The notes: generated by a model from the sequence alone, not told the origin. Positions 41,226 through 55,157 are shown, counted from the first letter of the stretch. The stretch is DNA of 64,000 bases from Rhizodiscina lignyota (GCA_010015805.1 ML978128.1:1798001-1862000); one strand, 5' to 3'. A program made the numbers and translations.

Positions 41226-42614
41226 ATGCTGTTCCAATTGCTGCCAGTTGCAATTGGTTTCCTCAGCCTCGCTGTTGCATCACCAGCTCCGACAACGGCA
41301 CGAGCAGTAACATCTGAATCGAGCGATACTTCGACGATAACTTCCTCGCCTTCATCTTCATCCGCATCTTCACAGTCATCAACAAGCAGTAAACCGCAAA
41401 CATGGACAGTCAGCGTGGGCAAGGCTACGAACCAGTTCCAGCCTGATGTGATACAAGCAGACGTTGGCGATATTGTAGAATTTGACTTCTTCCCTCCTAA
41501 TCACTCTGTCGCCAGAGCAGAGTACGTCGCCTGTTCTCTCTTCCCTCGATCCTGCTGCTAATACCTCCCAGATACAAGTATCCATGCATACCGTACGAGC
41601 TCACTGGCCGAGGCAAAGTCGGCTTCTTCTCTGGCTTCATGCCCGTCGACGCTATTCTCTCTTCTCCTCCGACCTACTCTATTCGAGTCAATGACAGCTA
41701 TCCTGTGTTCTTCTACTGCACGGCGCCCGGGTCCTGCACAGACTGGCAGATGGTTGGGGTGATCAACCCTAATGCCTCTGTATCTCTAGGTGTGCAGAAA
41801 GAGCTGGCAAAAGATTCAGACTATATGCTGCAACCCGGCCAGGACTTCCCAGCCGAGGCATCATCAAGTATTGTGTCAATGGGTGCGACAGCGACAGCTG
41901 AGAGCACAACTTCCAACAGTGCGACATCTACGGCTACCCCAGTGCCAGAAGGCCATTCTAGCATCTCCAACGGCGCAATCGCGGGGATCTCAATCGGTGG
42001 AGCTGCTGTTGTAATACTAGGAGCCGCGTTAATGTATTATGTTTGTGCAAGGTCGCGCTCTCATAGACATCACCAACCGCTTGACCCACGCTACTCCGCG
42101 CAACCAATGCCCATCGCACCGGGCGGAGGTGCGCCGCCAGAGATGATTAGCAGCGGTGGTGTGCTGTATGTTCCTATTGCGAATGCGCCGCCCAACAACA
42201 TGAGCAATATGAGTATGCGGCAGAGTAGCGTCACAGTCGGGTCGGATATTCCTCCATATCAACAACCATTCCAGCATCCAGGCGTGGTAAAAAGCCCTGA
42301 CATCATGGCTCAGGAGCAAGGTTTTGGCATGGGATATAATCCGATGAATACGCAGACACAGAGGAGTTCAAGTCCCGGGGGTGCGCTAGATGAGTACAAT
42401 GCTGCATTTAGAAGTCCTGTTGAGCGGTGAGTCTCTCTTCTTCATTGCCTGCATCATATTTAGAGAAGATGCAGAAGCTGACTGTGTTAATCAATACAGA
42501 CCGATGAGCACGGAAACCTCGAATACGCGTATCTCGGGTAAAAGTGGAAGGAGAAGCAACATCCACGAAATGTTCGCGCCGTTACCGAACCAAGATCCTC
42601 ATTCTCCACAGTGA
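41226..42614 (+). CDS. Single-pass membrane protein with a signal peptide, Ser/Thr-rich linker and cupredoxin-like domain
   Basis: Has the signal MLFQLLPVAIGFLSLAVA, the cupredoxin-like FQPDVIQADVGDIVEFDFFPPNHSV...PCIP...FFSGF...FFYCTAPGSC...MVGVIN, and the transmembrane segment AIAGISIGGAAVVILGAALMYYV. Introns: 41522-41571 and 42427-42499. Confidence 0.88.
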
Positions 42615-43908
42615 CGATGATGTCTCGATACCTTGATTGCGAAAGGCGCTATGGAGTTTAGGTTGGGAATATGACGATGACCAACTGTCCGTCGTTTCCA
42701 AAAATGGAATGATTCAGGGTTTGCATTGCGATGGGCTTCATATATGGTTTGTAAATAGTGATGGAAACGGTCGCTGTATGTCTAGATATCCCGAGATTCA
42801 AATTTTGATGTGGATTACCATTGGCTAAGCTGACTCCACATGTTCAAAATCCCTTGAATTTATTAGCTTGCTTGTAGAAGAAGTGAACGGGTCATTGTTC
42901 GAACTTATCACAATTAGCAATTCCACTCATGTCGGGAGGGGCGGATCAGTGGCCACAGTCGATGCATGCGAAACTGGGACGGAAATCATGCGTAAGTTTA
43001 AGTTTCCGAAGCTCTAAGATGGTATCGACTGATGCTTCTCAGGCTAGCTCTTCATGAATCCGAACTTAGTACGATGTATCCATCTGCTCACGCAAGCAGT
43101 GGTCACAGCTACAAGCTGAACTCGCCCCCATGCTCACGTTATTTTCGCTGGAAGTACAATCGGAGTCGAGTCTCCCAGCGTACCAGCCTTCATAGAAACG
43201 ATTATCAAGCGTCCGAACGCCGCAAAACTGAATATGATCGTGTTTGGATGCTGCGACTCAAACGAGCTCCGAGCTCATTCAAACACGGCGCAATCAACAT
43301 ACTTGCACAAGACTGAAACTTCACAAGTCAAACCAGCCTCGATCGAGCAATTCGATCACGCTCGAGTCGTAGCTTTCGGGACTCTCGCTCCGTTCTTCAC
43401 GACGCATGCTTAACACGTAATGCTATGCCTTCGCTTTGCGCCGAGAGCTCAAGTTTGGCCGGAGAGTTTTAGCGCCGTAGAACTTTGCAAGTTGGACGCG
43501 TTAGTAGCTATCATTCGCTTATGCAGGGGTATAGCAGTTGTAAATTCGAACATTCCCGCAACGCCTTGTTCCTTTTTCCGAATATGTACAGGCACGCCAC
43601 TCTCGATACTCACTTCACAACCTCCGGGCAGAGTATACAGCCCTTCCTTGGATTTCCTCCTATTACGCAAGCTTGCCACCGCACTCGCCGGACTTTACGC
43701 ACACTTTCCACGACTCCTCGCCTGTCGAAGATTCTCGGGTTAGAAGACTCAGAGGTCTTCTGAGCTTTCTCGAAACGGGATTTCGATTGAAACTTTGACT
43801 GAATAATGAAATACGTATTTGGCTGTGGTTCTGTAACGTTTATAACTTTCCATCTCCGCATACGTAAGGTTGAAAAGACCGAAAGAGTGCGTCGCGACGG
43901 TCACACTC

Positions 43909-44279
43909 GTCGATGGAAACCGAATTGTACAAGTCCCGATACACGGTGCTCTAGCTTGGTCTTCCCTTGGAGGTGGAAGATCGGTGTGAGATGTGTTGGA
44001 ATCTCCACGTATTGCGACATAGCAATGCGAAAAGTTATACGGAACGTGCAAGAAGCGTATAGTTCCGCAAATGGGACGCGTTGGCATTGACCGTTTTGAC
44101 ATATCATAGGTGTAGTAGTTCGCGATTCGAACTGGCTCTCAGTGACTTCTTAACTCATCCTAGAACGTACGGCGGTGCTGGTCGATGGAACTCGAATTGT
44201 ACAAGTGTTAACGTACGGTATTCCACATCCGCTTTGCCCTTAGGCGGTAGAAGGTCAGTTCGAGATGTGTTGGGGTCTC
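43909..44279. repeat. Diverged direct repeat, two ~98-bp copies (43909-44005 and 44181-44279)
   Basis: Both copies share the blocks GTCGATGGAA..CGAATTGTACAAGT..ACGGT..CCCTT..GG.GGT.GAAG.TC.GT..GAGATGTGTTGG..TCTC. The offset is 272 bp. Confidence 0.75.
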
Positions 44280-45470
44280 GATGACTTGCGAGATACAGAG
44301 CGATAAAAGCACAATGTATACCATGTACACGAAAGTCGACGTCCGTGATACAAACGTCCGTGACGAGTCCTCTTCTTTCCTATGCTCGATCCTCTCGTGC
44401 TTCAGCAGGGTGCTCTTTTCCTTGTATTTTTTAGTACAACCATCAAATCCGCATCTGTCAGAATTCTAGGTGCCAATGTTCGGGTCGTATATATACACCA
44501 AATCTTCAGACATTGTTACCTTTTTGGTGGTCTATGCAGCTAGCGCATGAGATCTAACACATTCTCCACGATGCTTCAACAATCGTTCATAGGGTGGTCC
44601 ATTGTGTGGTGCGATACCTGACCATGTTTCCTCTGCTCTTCATTGGACATCATCACCTGCCATTCATCAGCACTGCATACTGCACTGCATACTCTGGCCA
44701 GTGTTGTGGCGTTGACCGAGTGAACGCAGTGAAGTCGCGTCCGGATGTGGAAGATATAGTGGCTCCGGCAAACCTCAATGGCACACGCTCTTCGTGCCGG
44801 ACGGGAGCGGAGCGGAAACATGGATTCGAGGCGTTGGGCACGAGGGAAAAGGGATTTAGTCGAGTGCATTTCGGAGCTCACTCCCGGCGAATGGTGGTGA
44901 AGATTAAGATCGGGCTAACGTGATGTAAACGGCAATGCAAGCCTCCAGCTCTTAGCTGGGGCGTAGTGCAAATGCTCTCACGTAAAGACAGCACGGAATC
45001 GCCGAGCGCTGTAAGAGCGCGCTCGACTTGGCTAGGACCCTTAGGCTCTGATATGCTGGGCTTGGTCAACCATTTTTTACCACACGTATGAATGGCCAGT
45101 CGGGCCTTTTGTACCACCATGCCATAACAGCCAGTAATACCCGCTGCTTCCGCCCAATGGTGTCCTTTGCCGCTCCCACATGCACCAAGATGAATGAAAA
45201 GCGCGCTGTGTCCCCTCGACACCCTCGACCACTTCATTCCAACCTCAACGGCCCGTACGCTTATCACCGCAGTCGCACCTCTCACAACGCGTGCCTAAAG
45301 CGATAGCCATGCGCACATCGCGACCGCGACGTCCAAGTACCGAGCCCGTGGGAAAGTAACGTCACTCGCCCAATCCTCCCATCCCTGCGCTTCACACAAA
45401 CTCAACCCGCAACTTCGATCCTCTATAAAAGCGCGCCTTCCACGCCCCACCGCCTTTCTCCATTCCTCCT

Positions 45471-46940
45471 ATGTTTGCTCCCTCCCCTTCTCCCTCACAC
45501 TCGCCCACCCTCTCCCACACCCGCAGCAGGACCCGGAGCGCCTGCAATGCCCCATCTCCAGCGTTATCACCGCGCGTCAAACCGTCCCACATCTCGCTAC
45601 GGCACGAACAGCGACGTCAACACCAAACGCCGCCAACGCCCTCCCCACGCACGCGAATCGATGACCCCATCCAACCCGTAATCCTCCTCCAATCTCGCTC
45701 CCCGAAACTCACACTTCGCGAGCACCCGCAGCACCGATATCACCATCCGCAGGCGCAGAGGGAGACGGTTGATGCCGGCACCCAGTACACGCCCCCGGAC
45801 CTGCCCCCGACTGCTCGAACGCAAAAATCTGGCGCCGTGAAGGACCTTGCAATCGGCGCGAACGCGTCTGGGGGTGCTGCGGCGGAGGAAAAAGGAACTC
45901 AAACTGATAACGGCGAGGGCGTGAGCAGGGTAAAGGCGGGCTCAGCTGTGTCCGCAAACTCAGTCGTCCCACTGGCGGGACCGTCAGAACAGCCGCACTC
46001 GCGGGCTACTTCATCCTCGCAAGCCCACAGTTCCCAGAATGGGGAGAGCAGTGCTGATGCCGGAAGCACGACGTCAGAAGCAGGAGTCGCGGGGTTGCCA
46101 GAGAAAACACCTGGAGAAACTCGCACCAGAGTCAAGGATGTTATTGGGAGCGCGTCTGGAGAGTCGCGGAAGATGGAGACTGATGACGAAGAGATGAGTA
46201 GCTCATCTCCAAAGAAGCAGAAGCAGGCTCGCCCACCAAAGGTGATGCCGCTGAAATACGAGGACTGCGACGTTAAAGATCTGGGCGTCTTGGTCTCGGA
46301 CATGCTGCTCGAGCTTGTGCGCCACAATGATTCACTGCCGTTGAAGGACGGCCAATTGACTAGGTTTCACTCTCGGTACGTCTATTACTACTAATCTCGT
46401 ATATGGATTACGTCGTATCGCTAATATAGGACGGACAGAGCTCCACCAGGCATCTCCATATCCGACTACCTCAATCGCCTTATCACTCACGCTTCACTCA
46501 CCCCACCCTTACTTCTCTCAATGGTCTACTACATCGACCGTCTATGCGCTCTCTATCCCGTTTTCACAATTTCATCTCTTACCGTGCACCGTTTCCTCAT
46601 CGCCGCCGCTACGGTTGCCGCAAAAGGCCTCTCAGACTCCTTCTGGACGAACAATACATACGCACGCGTGGGAGGCGTCACGACGAGGGAATTGGCTCTG
46701 CTGGAGCTTGAATTCCTCGAGAAGATGCAGTGGCGCATCGTGCCGAAACCGGAGGTGCTCAGAGACTACTACAAGAGCCTGGTGGAAAGAGGAGAAGGCT
46801 ATGTCATGGAGAAAGAAGATGATGATAATGACACTAATGACGACACAAATGACGATATTTCCACACCCGTTACTTCGAGTAGTGGGAAAGGGAAAGAATC
46901 CGAAGAGCCCGTGAAAGAGGTAGATATGACGGAGCGATGA
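45471..46940 (+). CDS. PHO80: Pho80/PREG-like cyclin (Pho85 partner)
   Basis: Contains LTRFHSR|APPGISISDYLNRL...YYIDRLCALYPVFTISSLTVHRFLIAAATVAAKGLSDSFWTNNTYARVGGV. The intron is at 46376-46438, and a TATAAAA lies at 45424. Confidence 0.88.
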
Positions 46941-47885
46941 TTAAGCAATCGATCAGTGCAGGAGTTTCTCACGTTTGAGCTAGGTCGAACAGCTAACGCT
47001 GCGTGACGAAGACGAATAATACCCCCCGACGACGAGAGTTCTCCCGAGCTCGACCTCTTGTCTGGAATAGGCAGCAAGCGAAGTCCGTGATGGGCTTGGC
47101 GACCCAGGACACCGGTCGAGCCCTCGGAGAATAATAACCATAACCCTACCCGTGGTACAACCACAACACTAGCCTCATTCTGGCTATGGGGTTTGAGGAA
47201 GCGTCAGCCCTGCTGCAGTGGAACCTCAAGTTCTACAACTCTGTGGCATGGAAGGCGAGGAAAGCGATGAGGATTGTTTTTGATAGGACATAATGCACAC
47301 GATGCATTCCGGTTATTTGTAAATAAAAAGCACACGAGGAGATGACTTCAATACGATTCGGAGCAGTACAGTGCTCATTGACACATTATCACGCGACCTT
47401 TTCAGCCTCAACTATTGGATATCAATTATACGATTTCCACTTCGGAAGCCTTCAAGTGGGTGACAAAAAGGTTGAATCGTGGTTTATATTATGCTGAACC
47501 ACAAGGATGCATATCCTCGTGAGTCACCGTCGATTATGCACACTGAAGCTGGGATAAGTGCTGCCCAGGGTATATTTCATCAAGCTTTCAGAAATGCTCC
47601 CGGTTGTGTTGGAGAACGAAACTCTTATTGCAGCGGTTCAGTCACTCGGGTTCAACTATTGTCACCCCCGTGGCCTTTCAATGTCAAGCGCAAAGCTCAT
47701 AAGACGTAATATTGCATTTTGTCTCGTGCTCCACGAGCCAGTATCGAAGCTTGAAAGCTATTAACACACGTTCTGCGCTCGATGCGTAAGGTATCCTTCA
47801 ACCACTCCCAAACCATCCCCAGAAAGGCGCATCATGTGCTCAATGAACTACTTTTACAGAACCACACTCCTTTCTCACCTTTTCA

Positions 47886-50800
47886 CTACCTCTCCCAAGC
47901 CCTGGCCCCTGGTCCTCCCAAACCCACACCAACCCGTCCAGCCAACAAACCCCGATCATCCCTCGGACTCCTCTGCCCGCCAGCATGCCCGTCCTCCGGC
48001 CCAAGTAACTTCTCAATACTATCCACTACGCCCCTCGCCCGCTCCACCACATCGCGATGCTCATCCCCCAGCGCCAATCGCACCTTCTCCTCGACCCCCA
48101 GATTCCTCAACTCTCTCGCTCTTTGCCGCGCACTGATCTGGTCATCGGTGCTGTTGCTGTCCAGCCACACGAGGTTGTGCGCGAGCCAGCACAGCGCGGT
48201 GCGGATGCGTCTGTCGGGATGGGAGAATAGGGGCAAGGTGGCGCTCATTAGAGGCGTCTGGGAGAGGAGTTGTTGGCGCTGCGAGGCGCGGCCGTTGGCG
48301 ATGTGGACGATTAGGAAGATGGTGCTGACGAGGAGGTCGGGTGGGGTGGTGATTTGCGAGAGGATGGACGCGGTGGAGGGCGGCGGGTGGCGGTGGGTGC
48401 TATACGCAGGGGAGTACGTCGCGGATGCGGCGAAGCGCGCGGCGCTGCCGGGAGTTGTGAGCGCGGGATGTTTGCCGTGCGGTTGGCGCGGCTGGTCGCG
48501 CTGCGGTGCTGGTTGCGGACTTGAGGGTCGGAGTTTGGATAAAAGGATGTCGAAGAGGCGCTGCGCGTCGAGCGTCGCCAGCACATGGTCGATCATCTTG
48601 TCCTGCTCCGACTGCGGGTCGCTGATCAGGTTGCGTAAGAAGTCGAGCGCCTGCTCTTGTATGCGCACTTCGTGCTTCCACGCCATCACCGCGGCGTTCT
48701 GCTCGTCGCGTTTGATCAGCTTTAGGCGTGCGCGGTGCTGGAGGTTTGTAGGGCGCTGGACGGCGGGCGGGTTGGGGAGGTAGCGGGGGAGGTTGAGGGA
48801 TGTTATACTGTCGGCCATTGCGTCGTCTTCAGGCTCGTCTTCGCCAGAGGTGGAAGATGCGTCCACGTCCATTGTGGGATCGTCGGCGGCGTTGAGGAGG
48901 TCGACTTGTTCGCCCGCAGCATTGGGGGTGCCCATGCCAATTGGTGTGGATCCTTGCGATGCCGTGGCTCTTGTGAACGAAGAAAAGGGATCTCGCATTT
49001 CACCCGTCAGAGTCTGAATCAGCCAGCCAGCGCCGAGTTCGTCCAAGCATGATATTTTTGTATCCGGTGATGCTTGATAAACGAGATGCTTCAAAGCCCA
49101 AAGCGACATCATTTGTAAATCGTTGTCGGCGGAATGAGCGTGCTCGCAGAGAATTTTTATGCATCCACCTTGGATGAGTTCCTGAAGTACTTTTAGTTTA
49201 TGATAAGGAGCAGCAAGGAAATACTTACGTCTCTCATGGGGCTGAAGGACAAGAGCAGATTGCAGAGAACGTTGACAGCCCCGTGCTTGACGCTCATGTT
49301 TGGATGCTTCAAAAGCAGATAGATCGGCTTGGCCAGTCCACCATCGATGAGACTCGTCCTTAGAATATTCACGGAACGCGAAAGTGCTCTTGCCAGATTG
49401 CAAGCTGCGACAATCACCACAATTGGATTGCCTTTCTTTCCATCAAGCGCATCCGCGTTGGATAGAGATTCGGCGACGGTACCCACTGGTGTTTCCTGAT
49501 AGGCCGTCAAAGAGTCTACGACACAAGCGATGATGCCGCTTTCGATTATCGTCTTTCGGATGTTGTCATCGACTTGACCAATCTGTGCCAATGCTTCCAT
49601 TGCTGCAGCTCTGCAGCGCAGTGCATGGACTACCTCAGGTGAGAGCCCGCGGCTCCCTAATTGTGTGGATTTGGATTGATCCGTCTCCTCATCCATTTCC
49701 ATGTTCGTATCTGTGGAATATGGAGTCCACATTTTCCCTCTTCGGTCTGGTATCGGATCGAACGTTCGTTTCAGGATCTGGCAAAGGAGCTTAATCGCTC
49801 CAGCGTCAACAGCAGCCTGTTGCAGTCCTTTACTATCCTCGACCAGCTGAGCTAATGCCGACATGGCGAGCTCTTTGATGCGCAGTGGCGAAAGGTGACG
49901 AAATTGAGGCTCTACGATCGGATTGTTCTTCGTCTCGTTATTTGCCTCTTCGATCATGCGAACGATGAGAGGTACGAGCAGATAAGTGAGAATTCTATCT
50001 CGATTCCTGCTTGGACCCGACTCCCCAGGTGGTGAATCTGGGAAGATTTTGTCCTTTGCTTTGATTATAAGTGTGAGCTGCCAGACAGCTGATAGTCTGT
50101 CGAGGCCAGTCTCAGTGCGAGCTTTGTATAGAAGCCATGTTACGAGTTGAGTGCCAAACTCTTGGGTGGTTGTTCGGGTTGGAGACGACGATTTAGCTGC
50201 AGCGGACTCTGCAAAAAGAGATGCGGCGCGACTGTATTCTGAGCTTGATGCGAAAGATCCAAGTGCAGGGAATGCCTTCGAGAAACTCGTTTCGGGTTTG
50301 CCGAATGCGGTGCTGAGCTGAGGAAGTAATCGATCGAGTGTCTCAGGGCCGGAGCCCTGTAAACTCGAATTGAAGAGCTGGCCGTATACCGCCGTACTGG
50401 AAGTGGATGATTGCAGTTTTGAGGCTGGAAATATACTGGAAATGCTTGGATTGTATACGAATCGGGCGCATCGATAATCGGTCGTGGTCAACGCACTGAT
50501 TGCCCGAAGGATATGAGAGACGTGTGACTTCGGTGGGGGTGGAGGAAGATCTGTTAGGTTCTTTGAGTCTGTTCCAAGCCCGGGATACCCATCGGCCATG
50601 ATAGACGCCGCAAGCTGTGCAGCCATGAGATCCAAAGCACCCGCTCTGAGGAGCGCATTTGGATGGTCCAAACCTTGACAGGCGCAAGCAATGAGCTGGT
50701 AGACGAGGACCTGCTGCTCCTGCACAATATCTGTAGTTGATGTCTGCGCCAAGATTTCGGACAAAGCGCCAACGTCGGGTTTCGAGAAGACCTGGTCCGC

Positions 50801-51358
50801 CAGCGTGGTGGTGACCGGATCGAGGAACTGGATGTCCATGGAGACAGCGTCTGCGCAGGCCAAAAGAGTCCTCAAAGTCGCAACGACAAGAGTTGCTGGT
50901 GTCTCTCGTGGTGATAGCGCCGAGAGGAGTGGTTGGACGATGCCTCCTGCCAGCAATGGCGTGACGTAGGCCAGACCGCCTTGTGCAAGGCTCCCAACCA
51001 CAATCGTGCATTGTAGTCGCAATTCGTCCTCGTGACTCCAGCGCTCATCCACCGAAGATCTTCTCTCACGTCCCTCCTGATCGCGTGCCTCGGTCACGTT
51101 GTTTCCATGTCTCGAGCCTTCCACAGTCGCATTCTTGCCTCCATTCACATCAACTCTCCGCCTCTTCCCGCCGGCCCTCAAAGCACCGTTCAAGAGTTCA
51201 ACTAGGAGGTTAACAGCTCCATGTTTTATGCAAGCCTCTTTCCTTTGATCGTGTCCGATAAGGTCGTTCTTTAGTCGCCGAAGCGCGACAATCTGGGACT
51301 GTATCGAGGATGCGGCGCGCAGGTCGGCGAGAGCGGCGGGCGGAGGAGCTCGTGCCAT
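47886..51358 (-). CDS. Armadillo-repeat protein ARMC8/Vid28(Gid5)-like, a GID/CTLH ligase subunit
   Basis: Contains LRRLKNDLIGHDQRK, ARALSRSVNILRTSLID, NLLLSFSPMR|ELIQGG, LWALKHL and IQEQALDFLRNLI. Intron 49228-49182 joins the two ORFs. Confidence 0.88.
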
Positions 51359-52175
51359 GAATGGCTATGATTTGTGTTCTACTCGTTATGGTAATATAGT
51401 AGAAATGACGTGTGCGATAGCTCGTACAAACCGGTGAAGTTGTAAAGTAGGGAAGGACTGGCGTGAAAGCAAGGGAAGCCGCTCGGCAGAAAGGTGAAGC
51501 GGCAGAAAGTAAATCCAAATTCCAGTAGGAAGAAGGAATCAGAGTGCTACATGGCCGTCAATGGACAAGAGATGCGATTCTTCAAGAGTCGCGAGGGCAG
51601 TCGTTGAGCGGCGAAAGGCTTGATAGAGCACGACGTGATCTTGTGACGGCAGCTTGCATTGCGGACTTTCGCCGCTTTGCCTTGCCGTTTTCGGCGCTCG
51701 GAAGTCGGGAGACGCCGAAGTGTCGCCTCCTCCTTCCCTGCCTTCATCGAACGAGAAGGGACGATGCAAGCTCCAACTTCATTCAATTTTCTACGGAATG
51801 CCTCGCGGCTCTATACATACTATATACTACGCTATGCTCTGTATGTACACAATTATCTACCCATCATCATGTTTTGCCCTTGTGGGGCATCTCTCTTAGC
51901 TAGCCACCGCAGTGACAAAGTCTCCTGGTCTCCGACTCCCGAACTTCGTCTCAGCCTGTGTAATGGTACGCCTTTGCAAATAGATCCTCACCTATCCAAG
52001 AGCGCCTTCCCGAGAACCGGGCCAACCCTGCAGTCCTTTTATGGCTTCTTACCGAAGAGCCTGGCCCCCGATCCTCTTTGTTCCAATCTTGGAGGGGGCT
52101 GCCGTTCAAAGTCCGCACAATCTGGATCCTCGTCTCATATGCAGTCTAGGGTATAAACGTTTCAAACAATATTTC

Positions 52176-53987
52176 TCAAGGCTTCTCACCCTTCTCTTCC
52201 ATGTCGATGTCTTTCGTGTCGCTACGATCAGATCCTGATACTGAACTCGCTTTCATGTCGGCTTCTTTTGTGTCATTATGATCAGATCCTGCTACTGAAT
52301 ACTTCTCAATATCAGCGGCCTCTCGTGCAGCTCGTGCTTCGGCCTCCTTCTGAGCTTTCTCGTTTCGCCACTGCTGGCCACGCTTCATGATTAAGAACAG
52401 CATCGAGGTCCAAAAGACGTAGATCAGGCCGACGAATGTGAACGTCCAGCCGGGATTCATGGCCTGGATCATCGGGATGATCACGGAAACGCCTCCTGCA
52501 GAAATCATGCAGCGGACAAAATTGACGGCAGCGGTTGCGGTGGCCGGCTTGTCGCGGTGCAAGTCGACCAGAAGAGCGTTTGTTGTGTTGAAGGTCGTGG
52601 AGATGCCGAAGCCGATGAAGTACAGGAGGACTTCTGGTATGGCGATATGAGTTCTGAATTTCATGCACCAGCCGAAAGCAATGAGAGCAGCCGTAGCCAT
52701 TATATGGCCGGGGAGGACAATCTGACAACGAACCACCTCGATTGGAAAGTTGGAGAGGTCCTGTTGTTTTCCCTTTATGATGACTAAGCCTACACGTTTG
52801 GCATGACGTCTGAAGTTCCAGTCAACGACGTGGCCCATGCTGAGTGCTGCTGTTACGCTTCCGGAGCCCATGGCAATGTAACAGAGTCCAATTTGAAGAG
52901 TGCCGAGGTTATATGCCTGTTCATACATGTATGGCAGACTACCGGTGACGATCATCATGCCGCAGAAGAAGAAGCCATTGTACAGAAGAACAATTGCGCT
53001 CTCCTTCTCACCTAGGATGTACAGCGTCCTCAGCGGGTTCGGAATGGGGATTTTACGCTTTTGCCGAGGCTTATTCTCGTGCGTAGCGTTAGAGGTGGTC
53101 TCACCGCGCTCTTTGCGCTGCCTTCGTTGCTGCCAGTACCCGAGCAGTGACTGGTTGAGGCCGGTAGCTGGAATTGAGCCATTTCCGACGACATTGCGAC
53201 ACGTTTCCGGGAAGAAGATAGTGAATATGATGCACATGACTCCGGAGAAAATCGCCAGGAACCAAAAGATCGACCGCCATCCCAAATATTGAGCCAAAAG
53301 TCCGCCCACAGTCGGACCAAAGGCAGTTCCCATTACGATGCCTGCTTGGGAGTATCCTGTGTACTTGCCTCTCTCGGATGAAGTCGCTATATCGGAGACG
53401 ACGGCAATGGAGAGGGCAATTGCTGCACTACAGCCGAAAGCTTGGATGAGACGAAGGATGAGAAGAGCAGCGTAGTTGGTCTGCAAGGCTAGGCCGATGT
53501 TGGCGATCATGTAGATGATGAAGCAGATTATGAATGATAGGCGGCGGCCGCTGTTGTCAGACATTGTTGCAATTAGAGCTGGCGATATTCCTTGTGCAAT
53601 CTTCTTTGATTAGCTTGTTCTTCGATGCTATATTCGAGATGTACGGACCATGTAAGTTGTGATGGACAGGTTAACGAGAGTGGGAGAGATGTGCAACTCA
53701 TTGGACATGAGGTTCATCGCGGGCCAGTATGTTGTCGCTCCGAATGGTGAAATCAAGGCTGATGTAGCGACAGACATTATAATGAATATCTTGGCCCTTG
53801 GACTCCAAACAGAGTAAGGTGGCCCGGACGGTACACGAGTGAGCGAGTTGTCGGCGACGTCCTGTGGCATGATGCCGGCCTCCAATGCGCCTGTGATGTT
53901 TGCATCGCGAATGCTTCCCTCGCGAGAAGAGTCATCTTCATGTATTGAGACGCGAGGGGAGTCTTCCAGGGAGTTTGGCCTCCCCAT
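52176..53987 (-). CDS. MFS drug:H+ antiporter (DHA1, Qdr-like)
   Basis: Has motif A SDNSGRR, GPTVGGLLAQYLGWRSIFWFL, PET and multiple transmembrane segments. The intron is at 53648-53601. Confidence 0.92.
52201..52308 (-). repeat. 54-bp tandem duplication in the MFS C-terminal tail (2 x 18 aa)
   Basis: atgtcgatgtctttcgtgtcgctacgatcagatcctgatactgaactcgctttc / atgtcggcttcttttgtgtcattatgatcagatcctgctactgaatacttctca. Confidence 0.85.
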
Positions 53988-55157
53988 TTTGTAGTTTTGA
54001 GACGGTGAAGTGGCTAAAGAAAATGTGGAATGTATTGTTTGTATAAATGGACAAGGTCCAATTCAGCTCATATTATATATTGATTGCAAGATAAAGTCAG
54101 ACTGACATTCGCTCGTTCTCAATACGAAAAAACAGCTCTAAAATATGAAATGAAGACTAAAAACTGATGTAAGGTGGTGACACGGGTATAAGTTGGCTAC
54201 CCAACCTACAACACTATCGAGCCACAGAGAGAATTTTGATCGGAGAATACCCAATGAGGAGCAAGTCATGTTCAGCGCGGACCATCATAGCCCGCACTTA
54301 CGAACTATTCGTTGAGCTTCTTCATCGCCATCGTGAAGGCGGCTATGCCGACTTATCCGCCACCGCAATTTTACTAGTAGCGGTACCGGCAATGAAGCGA
54401 TCTTGATGCCACGAAATCAGAAACAAAAGGGACCCGTGCCACGACAATTTGGAAGAGGCGAGATCCTGTTGTCGACCTGGGAACGGTCGGCACGACGATG
54501 GACACGCACACCGTCCTGCCAGTCATACATGCGTGTCCGTTCTCTTTTCAGATCTTCTCGGATGTAGCGAGCCGAGAAGAGCCATAAAATCGTTAAACTT
54601 GTTTCAAGGAGCCGGAAAATGCCATGAGAGATCGGGTATGACGGATTGAAAGACTGTTTAAAAAACCACGATGAAGTTGAAATGATGTCTGAAAGAGGTC
54701 ACAGCTGACACAAACCTTGAATTAAAGCTAACAAGATCGCCTCATCGATCTAGCAACTGGCGGAAAATAGGAAAATTAAAGATCACGTGCAAGACGCTTG
54801 GCAGGGCAACGGCCTTATCCGAGAAGCCTCATCCAATTTTCCCCAGTCGGTTCTCGAACGTCTGTGCAGCGATGATCAATCCTGCTGTTGAGACTCATCA
54901 AGATCTTCTGTTCATCTATCTGTCATTTAACTCGTCCGCCATAGAGGCGACGCCCACCATCGTCTCTTCTAGATTTTCAGCAACGCTCACTTACACTCCG
55001 CAGTTAGATGGATGACTGCGAATCCAACGAGCAACTCCAAACAGCCAAGAGCATGTCCGACTATGTGAAGCACCCCATTTCAAGTTGACAGTATTCAGCG
55101 TGATCCAATGAGAGACATTCGTGCTTCGGAGCAGTTCACGAAGACGACAAAGAAACT

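Noticed and set aside
47400..47780. Short ORFs between the cyclin and ARMC8
   Set aside because: They lie between convergent 3' ends and show no motif or splice structure I can support.
47782..48783. 333-aa plus-strand ORF and a GC-rich shift in the ARMC8 3' exon
   Set aside because: It is antisense to a well-supported gene, has no recognisable motifs, and is explained by high GC.
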